32,000 nucleotides of DNA, from assembly GCA_026016245.1 (NCBI GenBank), contig CP061211.1:180001-212000 (forward strand). Reading direction: 5' to 3'. The position numbers were made by a program, and so were the translations under genes. Positions within the stretch are counted from its first letter, which is position 1; the number at the start of each line of letters is the position of its first letter. This document shows positions 8,750 through 16,999 of the stretch, one piece after another. The notes under the pieces are model-generated. The model had not been told where the DNA came from. It made no database searches and was given only the letters and a program-made list of their open reading frames with translations. This DNA comes from Candidatus Pacearchaeota archaeon (GTDB taxonomy: Archaea > Nanobdellota > Nanobdellia > Pacearchaeales > UBA284).

Positions 8750-11672
8750 TCCCAGAGTTTGAGGATTTTTTATGCTGCTAGATGGATAGCTTGGCTTAGA
8801 CTGCGATGAAGGACGTGGCAAGCTGCGAAAAGCTTGGGGGAACTGCATGCAAGTTTTGATCCCAAGATTTCCGAACGCGAAACGTATTATGCGAAGAGCA
8901 TAGTGCTCTGAGAAGAGAGTACACGCTGGGAATTGAAACATCTTAGTACCAGCAGGAAAAGAAAACAATGGTGATTCCCTAAGTAGCAGCGAGCGAAAAG
9001 GGAATAAGGCAAACCGAATCCTTATATGAAAGTATAAGGAGATGTGGAGCGGCTTAGCGCACACCTGGGCTTGTATAGTTTAAGTTTCCTGGAACGGAAC
9101 GCTATAGAGGGTGATAGCCCCGTGAACGAAACAGGTATGGTGATTGCTAAGTTCAAGAGTAATGTTTCCTGGATTGGAAGCATGAATATGGCTCAACTAA
9201 GAGCCAACTTTAAATATAGGTCTAAGTCCGATAGCACATTAGTACTGTGAAGGAATGCTGAAAAGAACCCTTGACGGGGAGTTAAAAGACTTGAAATCTA
9301 GTAGTTATGGATTGTTACTGCTCTTTCTCGCTTATGTGAGTTTGAGTCGTAACGTGCGTTTTGGAAAACGAGCCAGGGAGTTAAGGTAAGTGGCAAGGTT
9401 AACTCATTATGTGAGGAAGCCGTAGCGAAAGCAAATGCATGTAGCTTTCGGGTGAAATGCAGCATCGTAACTTGTGTAAGTCACTTATCTCAGACCTGAA
9501 ACCGGACGATCTATTCCTGAACAAGGTGAAGCCTCTCTAACGAGGGGTGGAGGCCTGAACCGTTGTTGTGGGCAAGCACTCGGATGATTTAGGAATAGGG
9601 GTGAAAAGCTAATCTAGTTCGGCGATGGCTGGTTCCTGCCGAAATATACCTTCGTATAGCCTCTTGTTAGCTTACTAATGAGGTAGAGCTACGGATTGGA
9701 CATGCAGGTCGCTTTTGTGGTCGGTGTCCTGTCCAACTCCGAACTTGTTAGAAGCGCAGCAAGGGAAACAGAAGTGGGGGGTAAGCTTCTACTTCGAGAC
9801 GGGAACAACCAAGACTAAAGTTAAGGTCCTTAAATGATGATTAAGTGCACTGAAGGGCGTCTTGATTCTGAGACAGTGGGGAGGTGGGCTTAGAGGCAGC
9901 CATCCTTTAAAGAAAGCGTAACAGCTCACCTATCGAGAATCAGGGCACCGAAAATTGACGGGGCTTAAATCATCTACCGAGACTTTAGTGTTTCTCTTCG
10001 GAGAAATCAAGTAGGCAGGCGTACTGTTTGGACAGAAGTATCTTCGTAAGAAGGTATGGACCGAATAGTAATGATAATCCTGGTGTTAGTAGGATCTGAC
10101 TTACGTGAGAGTCGTAAGGGTCGAAAGAGCTAGGGTTCCTCGACAATGTCGATCAGTCGAGGGTTAGTCGATCCTAACTGCATGCTTAACTGACATGCGG
10201 GAAAGGGAAGCATTTTAATATTAATGCACTGTTCAGTAGTTTTGAAACTATCAAGGACGCTTTAGGACAAGCAGAGTGTATCCGCAAGGACATCTCTTGC
10301 AAGAAAGTCATGGATTGTAATGATGAGAAGTGACTGAACTGTAGGAGCCAAAGTTTGTTGATTCCTAGAGCTCGTAAAAAGTTGATAATGGAGCTGCTGA
10401 GCAATCGTACCTAGAACTTGCACTAGTGCTCTTGCTGAGTAGGTAAAGATCTGCAAGCTTAAAGCTGGTAAGGGAATTCGGCAATTTAGCCTTGTATCTT
10501 CGGTAGAAGAGGTGCCTATATTTGTGTTTTGTTTCGTAAGAAGTAGGATGCAAAAGTAGGTTTCAATAACAAGGACGGCCCGACTGTTTATCAAAAACGT
10601 AGCCAAGTGCTAATCTGAAAAGACTTGTACACTTGGTGAAACCTGCCCAGTGGTGGTGTCTAAAACTCCTTTTCAAGGGAGCTAAGGTCCATCAAACGGC
10701 GGGCCTAACTGTGAGGCTCTTAAGGTAGCGTAATACCTTGTCATCTGAATGGTGACTTGCATGAATGGTGTAACGAGGTTGTCACTGTCCCTACTAGCGA
10801 GCTTCTGAATCCTCCATTCTGGTGCAGAGGCCAGAGACGCCTAGCGGGAAGCGTAGACCTTGTGGAACTTTACTGCAACTTGTCGTTGTGTTTTGTGAAG
10901 CGATACACAGAGTAGCTAGGAGAGATGAAACGATGCTTCGGCGTAGTGGATCGAAAGTGTAACACTAGCTATCATTTTATAGAATGCTAACCTGAAAGGG
11001 GACAGCGGCTGGCGGGCAGTTTGGCTGGGGCGGCACCCTACTGAAAAGATATCAGTAGGGCCCAAAGGTGAGCTCAGTGTAGTTGGAAACTACATGAGGA
11101 GCGCAGAGGTAAAAGCTCGCCTGACTGTGTCTCGCAAAGAGAGAGACGCAGATGCGAAAGCAGGGCTCAGCGAACCCTAATAGTCTTTTAGTGGGACTTT
11201 AGGATGACAGAAAAGTTACCCCAAGGATAACAGGCTTGTCGCGCTCGATAGTCCATATTGACAGCGCGGTTTGGTACATCGCCGTCGGCTCTTCCTATCC
11301 TGGCTGTGCATAAGCAGCCAAGGGTGTCGGGGTTCACGCATTAAAAGGGATCGTTAGCTGGGTTAAGAACGTCGTGAGACAGTTTGTTTGATATCTACTA
11401 GGTGTGTTGTTGTCTGAGTGGAACAAAGCTCCAGTACGAGAGGAACGGGCTTTGGGAGCCTCTGGTTCAGCGGTTGTTCTTATAGAGCAGGCCGCACAGC
11501 TACGCTCTGGTTGATAAGAGCTGAACGCATCTAAGCTCGAAGCAACCCGCAAAAATAGACAACTGAGGCCGTTATAGAAGATAACGTTGATAGAGTTGGG
11601 GTGTAAGTCAGAAGGCAACGACTGATTCAGCCTGCAACTACTAAAAGCCTCATTTTCTCAAAAACTCAAAAG
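8750..11672 (+). rRNA. rrl: 23S (LSU) ribosomal RNA, archaeal (~2.9 kb), flanked by a 17-bp terminal/processing helix at 8731-8747 / 11676-11692
   Basis: 5' region gatggatagcttggcttagactgcgatgaaggacgtggcaagctgcga. Conserved LSU blocks follow, e.g. ggataacaggct (~11226), and the 3' region gttgatag...tactaaaagcc. Helix 1 pairs 8755-8765 with 11655-11667. Ends are uncertain by about +/-30 nt. Confidence 0.9.
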
Positions 11673-11712
11673 AAAGCTACTTACTGTGGTGTTGATTCAC
11701 CTTGAAAACCTA

Positions 11713-11719
11713 TTTTTTT
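11713..11719 (+). terminator. oligo-T tract, candidate rRNA operon terminator
   Basis: Run of seven T (cctatttttttc) about 40 nt after the 23S 3' helix. Archaeal RNAP terminates at oligo-T. Confidence 0.4.
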
Positions 11720-11785
11720 CTACAATAATCTTTATAATAACTCCCAGATTTCTCTTCTTGGCTAAGGAAAAAATAAAAAGAGAAA

Positions 11786-13279
11786 ATGAGAATTCCTGGT
11801 TCAATTTATAAAAATAAGAAAGGGGATACTTATGTAGCTCTGTATAATTATTGGGCAGATGTTTATAGGAAAGCTCCTCCTGAAATAAGAAAAATGTCAG
11901 ATTATGTCGCCCATATCAAGTATTCTTTTGGCGGCAATTCAAGAGGAATTGATGTTTTTCTTTTATATAACAGAAATTATGATATTTCTGATGAAGTGGA
12001 TGTTAAAAGAACACTTAGAGAAAGTAAAAGTAATGAAGTTAATAGAAATCTCAAAGCTATTGACAAAAGACATAATCTTATCGTAGAAATAGCTCCTGAA
12101 TGTGATGTTAGTGGGATTCTTAATTTAATCAGAAAAGATATTAAAGATTTTGCAAGAAGGCCAGCAAAAAAACATAGTCCTAGTATCAGTCTTGTTGATA
12201 AAATTGTTCCAAAAACAAAATTAAGAAAAATAAAACAAAAAGAATATTTAAGAAGAGGCAAACAAGAATTTGTTCCTTCTTGTGCTCTTGATGTTAATTT
12301 AGATTTTTCCTGGGGTTGTATTTCTGGCTTCATTCCAAGCCCCAATGCTCATTTTGATGGAAAATATTTTAGGAATTATTTCCTTGACATATGGGCTGAA
12401 TGTGGCTATTGTTATGCTGTTTATCAACACAAGAGTTTTGCTAAATATATTTTGGATATTGATAAAAAACAATTAATAGAAGAATTGGAAAAAGAGAAGA
12501 AAGCAAAGGCAAGAAATATTGTCTTAAGATTGGGTAAAAGAACAGAGGCTGGTTCTAAATTTACACTTGATTCTCTTGTAACCACGCTTGAGGCTTGTAT
12601 TGAAACAGGAACAAGAGCAATTATTCCGACAAAATATCTTGAATTTGATAAAGAAATTGCAGGACTTCTTAAAAAATCAAAATCAGTTGTTCTTTATAGT
12701 ATTGGTTGGGATAAACTTGAAAAAGGTGCTTGTATACATGGTTATCCTAATGAGTGGAGAATAGAACAAGCTTTACGATACAAAAAAGAAAATGTCAATT
12801 CAGTTTTATATTTGCACATAAATCTGCCACATAAGATGACTGAAAGAGAAAGAGGAATTTTAAATTTTGCATTCAAAGATGATTTACCTATACAACTCCT
12901 TTCGATAAGAATTCCAAGTAAAAGAATTGCTAAAGAAATTACTGGAAGTTCTTGGGAAGAATTAAAAACAAGCAACGGGCAACTTTTGCTAGATATAATA
13001 AAAAAGACTAAAAATCATGGCGGCTATAAATGGAAAACTAATATTATGATCGCACAAGAAAAACATGAAGATTATAAATTCCTTATTGGTCAGAATAATT
13101 ATCATCGCATAAGAATGTGCCATCATGATGATAAAGAAACTTACTGTGGCAGATGTTTTCTTGATGATAAAGGATCTATAACACCAACAGTAAAACTAGA
13201 TATAAAATATATGAAAAAAAGCAGAAAAGATTGGAAAAAACCTAAAAATCATAATGGTTCGCTTTTTGAGCATATTTAA
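11786..13279 (+). CDS. hypothetical protein: unknown N-terminal domain + SPL/COG1533-like radical-SAM-fold core with incomplete Cys motif + C-terminal Cys/His cluster (497 aa)
   Basis: DIWAECGYCYA (aa 200-210) resembles the CxxxCxYCYA of SplB-like enzymes but has Ile in place of the first Cys. The following LRLGKRTEAG...AIIPTKYLEFDKEIAGLL...VLYSIG...WRIEQALRYKKENVNSVLYLHINLP is collinear with that family's barrel pattern. C-terminus has MCHHDDKETYCGRC. TATA tttataat at 11731-11738. Confidence 0.55.
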   Translation: MRIPGSIYKNKKGDTYVALYNYWADVYRKAPPEIRKMSDYVAHIKYSFGGNSRGIDVFLLYNRNYDISDEVDVKRTLRESKSNEVNRNLKAIDKRHNLIVEIAPECDVSGILNLIRKDIKDFARRPAKKHSPSISLVDKIVPKTKLRKIKQKEYLRRGKQEFVPSCALDVNLDFSWGCISGFIPSPNAHFDGKYFRNYFLDIWAECGYCYAVYQHKSFAKYILDIDKKQLIEELEKEKKAKARNIVLRLGKRTEAGSKFTLDSLVTTLEACIETGTRAIIPTKYLEFDKEIAGLLKKSKSVVLYSIGWDKLEKGACIHGYPNEWRIEQALRYKKENVNSVLYLHINLPHKMTERERGILNFAFKDDLPIQLLSIRIPSKRIAKEITGSSWEELKTSNGQLLLDIIKKTKNHGGYKWKTNIMIAQEKHEDYKFLIGQNNYHRIRMCHHDDKETYCGRCFLDDKGSITPTVKLDIKYMKKSRKDWKKPKNHNGSLFEHI

Positions 13280-14054
13280 AATGTCAGACTTTGATTTAGA
13301 AATCAGAACAGGAGAAGGGATTATAATAAATTTAGAACTGTGTAAAGGATGGAAAAATATAATTCAAGAGTATAAGATTCCAGATAATTACAAGAAAAGA
13401 TTAGAAGATTATGCAAATGATCTTGCTCAATTTTCTGGATTGCAAAAAGCCAGATTAAATTGGAATGATGATTGGGGATTAAATTTTGTTGAAGCTTATT
13501 ATGGCAATGCTTGCGTCTTACTTTTGAATAAAGATGAAGATTCACCAAGTTACTATCCTCATAACATCGATACACCAGAACAAACTTTTGTTTTAATGTC
13601 CACTGTTTTAAAATATGTGTGGAATGTAAGGGCAAGTGCAGAAAATAAATTACCTAATTGGATGGTTTGGCCGATAGAGATAGACAATGTAAAAGAGGCA
13701 TGGATAAAGATAAACATGCATCCAAAACTAGAAGAGATAGTTAAAAATAGTAATAAAAGTGAAAAGTTTAGAAAATTTATTGAAGAATGTGCTCCTTTTT
13801 CAAAACAAGGATATTCTAGATTAACAGAAGTTAAATTTCATTGGGATGACAATTTAGGATTAAAAGCTGTTGAAGCAGTTCCAGGGATAAATGGTTCTGC
13901 CCTGGATTTAAATAAGGATGAAGCAGGTAATTTTTATTATCTTTCACACAATATACGTTCTCCTATTCAGGCTGTTGCATTAATAGGTTCTGTTTCTAAG
14001 TATATTCAGTATCTAAAAAGAATAGGAAAAGAAAAATGCCAGCTAGAAAATTAA
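13254..14054 (+). CDS. hypothetical protein built from a tandem duplication of an unknown ~120-aa domain
   Basis: The two halves align: W-DD-GL--VEA--G...LNKDE...YY--HNI--P-Q...V-KY occurs twice. The true start is probably ATG 13281 (MSDFDLEI), 2 nt after the upstream stop. Confidence 0.6.
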   Translation: MVRFLSIFKMSDFDLEIRTGEGIIINLELCKGWKNIIQEYKIPDNYKKRLEDYANDLAQFSGLQKARLNWNDDWGLNFVEAYYGNACVLLLNKDEDSPSYYPHNIDTPEQTFVLMSTVLKYVWNVRASAENKLPNWMVWPIEIDNVKEAWIKINMHPKLEEIVKNSNKSEKFRKFIEECAPFSKQGYSRLTEVKFHWDDNLGLKAVEAVPGINGSALDLNKDEAGNFYYLSHNIRSPIQAVALIGSVSKYIQYLKRIGKEKCQLEN

Positions 14055-14893
14055 ATGACGAACAGATGAAAGAACTAGTCAAAGATGTTGTTGGAGGAAA
14101 TTTGTATAAACAGGAGTTATTAAAAAAATATAATATCGGTGATAGTACATTTCCAGTAATATTAAAAAGAGCTGTAAAAAAAGGATTTATAAGTGAGGAA
14201 CAAAGGCTAGAATGGATAGCTAGAACTCGTACAAGAGGATGGAATGGGAAAGTTAAAAAATATGGTCTTAAGGGAGCTTCTGACTTGTGTAAAGAAGCTT
14301 GGGAAAAAGGATTGGGAAAAGTGGAGATTGATAGATGGAAGGAATTTTCTAGATTAGGGGGGGATACCACACAGGCATTATACCCCCATGTTAGAGATAA
14401 TCTCAGATATTTTGAGGTTTATGGAAAAAATAAGTGTTATTATGAGGATATGGAATTTTCTTCTTTTGGTGAAAGATTTGTCGGTTTTTTACTAATAGAA
14501 TATGGTCTAATTGATAAAATAATTCTAGGAGAAAATTTTCAGAGAAAAATAGATAATAAAAAAGTTGATTTTTATATTAATGACAAATTAGCTGTAGAAT
14601 ATCATCCTACACTAAAAGGACATTCTAGTATTGAATGTAAATCTGAAGAAGAATACAAAGAAGAACGAAAAAAACACTTCAACAAAGGAGGGTTTCATGG
14701 AGAAATTGTTGTTATAACAAGTATTTCTGATTTTTATAAGAAATTACCTAAACTAGGAATTGAAAGAATAGAATGGAGCACTCATTGTGACAGAGTTAGC
14801 AGAGTAAAAGAAATGTTGAAAGAATATGATGAACAGAATTTAGAACAAAAAGTTGAAACTGATGAATATGATGATGACGAATGCCCTTTTTAA
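14036..14893 (+). CDS. HTH domain + Vsr/DUF559-like PD-(D/E)XK nuclease-fold protein (285 aa)
   Basis: N-terminus LYKQELLKKYNIGDSTFPVILKRAVKKG looks HTH-like. The core SFGERFVGFLLIEYGL...FQRKIDNKKVDFYINDKLAVEYHP...EERKKHFNKGGFHGEIVVI fits the E...Q...DF...(I/V)E pattern of the DUF559/Vsr endonuclease fold. Acidic C-terminal tail. Confidence 0.6.
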   Translation: MPARKLNDEQMKELVKDVVGGNLYKQELLKKYNIGDSTFPVILKRAVKKGFISEEQRLEWIARTRTRGWNGKVKKYGLKGASDLCKEAWEKGLGKVEIDRWKEFSRLGGDTTQALYPHVRDNLRYFEVYGKNKCYYEDMEFSSFGERFVGFLLIEYGLIDKIILGENFQRKIDNKKVDFYINDKLAVEYHPTLKGHSSIECKSEEEYKEERKKHFNKGGFHGEIVVITSISDFYKKLPKLGIERIEWSTHCDRVSRVKEMLKEYDEQNLEQKVETDEYDDDECPF

Positions 14894-16299
14894 AAATGGA
14901 ATCTGAATTTAATTATGAGGATGCAAAAGCAAGAGTTTCAAAGGAACTTACTGATTTAGTGGAGCAAATTTGGCCAGAAATAAAAAAGAGTTATGAAGAA
15001 AGCATTGTTCAAATAGCAATTCCAGAAAATAAAGTTAAGGCTATATACACTAATTGTTTTAATATAAAAGATGATAACAAGAGAAAAAGATTTTCAATGT
15101 TGTTTAATTTAGAAGAGGAATGTTATTGGCATGCTATTGATAATTGGCCAGAAATTCGTAAAACTTTAACAAAAGAGGATGAAAAATTTTATGCTACTTT
15201 AATGATAGAAGAAGCTAAAAAGAGACAACATGAAGAAGAGAGATTTGGTTATATGTGGATAGTTATAAATTATGATAATGGAAATCTACAGAATTTTATT
15301 TCAGAAGAATTCTTAGAAGAAGTTGTAAACAGAGGATTTTGGGAAATTGCAAATGGATATTTTACTGGTGGTATTTTTAGTTTACCTTTAGAAAAATATT
15401 ATACTCTTATGAAATATTCTAAATATTTAGATTTTAGCAGATTGGATGAATTTAAAGATAAACCTCTTGTGCAGGGGCAATATGGATGGCTAGATTATAG
15501 ATATATAGAAGTTTTTGAAAGGGAAAGAAAAAAATTGAGTTTGGAAGATTCAGCATGGTTTGCACGTCCAATCATAGAATCTGTAATTTCTTGGTCCTTA
15601 TCTTTTGAAAATCCAGAGGATAATCCAAAAGAGGGTTTGAAAAAAAAGTTAGAGCCTTATAAAAAATATCTTAATATAAGAACAATTCAAGATCTTTTAA
15701 AAGAAAAATTTCAATATTATATCAAATATATCAACGATGAGGATGCTGGTTCTTATTTAGGTTATGCAAATATTTTAATTGACTATATAAATCTCAGTGA
15801 AGATGAAATTACAAGATTTGTTAGTGCTAGTTTACCAAAAGAAGAATTTGACTTGGAAAGAACTTTGATTGAAATTAACTTTCCAAAAAAATGGCTTAAT
15901 TCTGAAACAATGTCTATTATTCAAGAAAAGATAATCAAACATCTTGATAGGCCGCCATATCATTGGAAAGGAAAACAAGTAATCCCACATCTTGGTTTTC
16001 TTCAAGATGTTATTCAAAGAGAATGGCTTGACGAGGATATTGGAAAAGAAAGGATTAAAAAAGGACTTGAAAATTATTTAACTCAAAAACACAGACCAGG
16101 CGGTGCACCAGTTTTAGAACTTCTGCAGGTATTAAATCCTAAACATGTTGAACAAAAACTTTATAGAGAGGTTGTTCACCAAAGTATCACAGACCTTGTA
16201 AAAAGAAAAAGAATTGAAGAGGCTAGTGCATGGTATAAGAAAGCTGAACAAGAAGGGTGGCTTGATAAAAATAAAATTCCTATTTTTGAGTTGAGTTAA
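14881..16299 (+). CDS. hypothetical protein (~470 aa), no recognisable domain
   Basis: Long ORF coupled to the upstream gene. The likely start is ATG 14896 (MESEFNYED), 2 nt after the upstream stop. Confidence 0.55.
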   Translation: MPFLKMESEFNYEDAKARVSKELTDLVEQIWPEIKKSYEESIVQIAIPENKVKAIYTNCFNIKDDNKRKRFSMLFNLEEECYWHAIDNWPEIRKTLTKEDEKFYATLMIEEAKKRQHEEERFGYMWIVINYDNGNLQNFISEEFLEEVVNRGFWEIANGYFTGGIFSLPLEKYYTLMKYSKYLDFSRLDEFKDKPLVQGQYGWLDYRYIEVFERERKKLSLEDSAWFARPIIESVISWSLSFENPEDNPKEGLKKKLEPYKKYLNIRTIQDLLKEKFQYYIKYINDEDAGSYLGYANILIDYINLSEDEITRFVSASLPKEEFDLERTLIEINFPKKWLNSETMSIIQEKIIKHLDRPPYHWKGKQVIPHLGFLQDVIQREWLDEDIGKERIKKGLENYLTQKHRPGGAPVLELLQVLNPKHVEQKLYREVVHQSITDLVKRKRIEEASAWYKKAEQEGWLDKNKIPIFELS

Positions 16300-16676
16300 G
16301 ATAAAAACCTTCTACTTTTCTTAATTGTCCCGCTTACACCAACACATCTGAAGACCAAATTTTTTTCATCTATTAAGGCCAACGAAGTTTTAACCTTATC
16401 TACATATTTTGTTGTTACACTGACTATGAAATAAATTTTTTTGTTTATCTTGCCTGTTTCTACAAAGAGAGGACCGGCTTTTGCATAACCAAGAATCCCA
16501 ATAAAGTCAAGAATAGCTTTGTTAATTATTTCCTTTACTTTATCTTCATTTGATTTTCCTTCTATTGTTATAACAATATAATGTCTTTTTTCTCGCAGAG
16601 TAGGAAGAAGCTTTAATTTCTTTGGCTTGGTTTGTTTTTTCTTTGTTTTTGTTTTTTTCTTCATTTTTTTAATCAA
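16296..16676 (-). CDS. rnp2: RNase P protein component 2 (Pop5/Rnp2) with poly-Lys N-terminal extension
   Basis: LLPTLREKRHYIVITIEG matches the archaeal Pop5 N-terminal signature (LPPTLRDKKRYIAF), and the size is right. The TTG start in the track is doubtful; ATG at 16664 is likely. Confidence 0.75.
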   Translation of the reverse strand: MIKKMKKKTKTKKKQTKPKKLKLLPTLREKRHYIVITIEGKSNEDKVKEIINKAILDFIGILGYAKAGPLFVETGKINKKIYFIVSVTTKYVDKVKTSLALIDEKNLVFRCVGVSGTIKKSRRFLS

Positions 16677-16983
16677 TTATTGGTGGAGATGGAACACAAA
16701 TGCCCTCCTCACATCCACAACCCTTTATCTTGCAATTATAGAGAGCAGTGCATATAAGTTGATCAGCTGGCGGACAATCTTTTAATTTTTCTTCATATAG
16801 AGAGGCAAGAGCTATGCTAACACACTCTTCCTGGCCTCCCATATTACAAGGACAGCAGGTTGTTTGTACTTTTATGCAGTCTGTGTCTTTGAAACATTCT
16901 GCTCCAGGCTCGCAACCTTGGCCATTTATAACTAAAAGTAACATAACAAACAATATAGATAGGATAATTTTTTTTATTATCAT
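16669..16983 (-). CDS. small secreted Cys-rich protein (104 aa, 13 Cys)
   Basis: The N-terminal signal-like segment IILSILFVMLLLVING is followed by QGC. The mature part is dense in Cys (CC-x-C, GCGC). Confidence 0.6.
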   Translation of the reverse strand: MIIKKIILSILFVMLLLVINGQGCEPGAECFKDTDCIKVQTTCCPCNMGGQEECVSIALASLYEEKLKDCPPADQLICTALYNCKIKGCGCEEGICVPSPPIID

Positions 16984-16999
16984 CTTAAAAATTAATAAA

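Noticed and set aside
8750-11672. A possible intron or LAGLIDADG homing-endonuclease insertion in 23S, considered because a nuclease-like gene lies just downstream.
   Set aside because: The 23S length (~2.9 kb) is normal. Conserved blocks appear continuous, and no long ORF with endonuclease motifs lies inside.
11693-11785. A possible 5S rRNA or further tRNA downstream of 23S.
   Set aside because: The gap is only ~90 nt and AT-rich, containing an oligo-T and a TATA box. It has no 5S-like or cloverleaf-compatible sequence.
12383-12421. Calling the 497-aa protein a bona fide radical SAM enzyme.
   Set aside because: The CxxxCxxC triad is incomplete (I-x3-C-x2-C), so I kept it only as a radical-SAM-like fold hypothesis.
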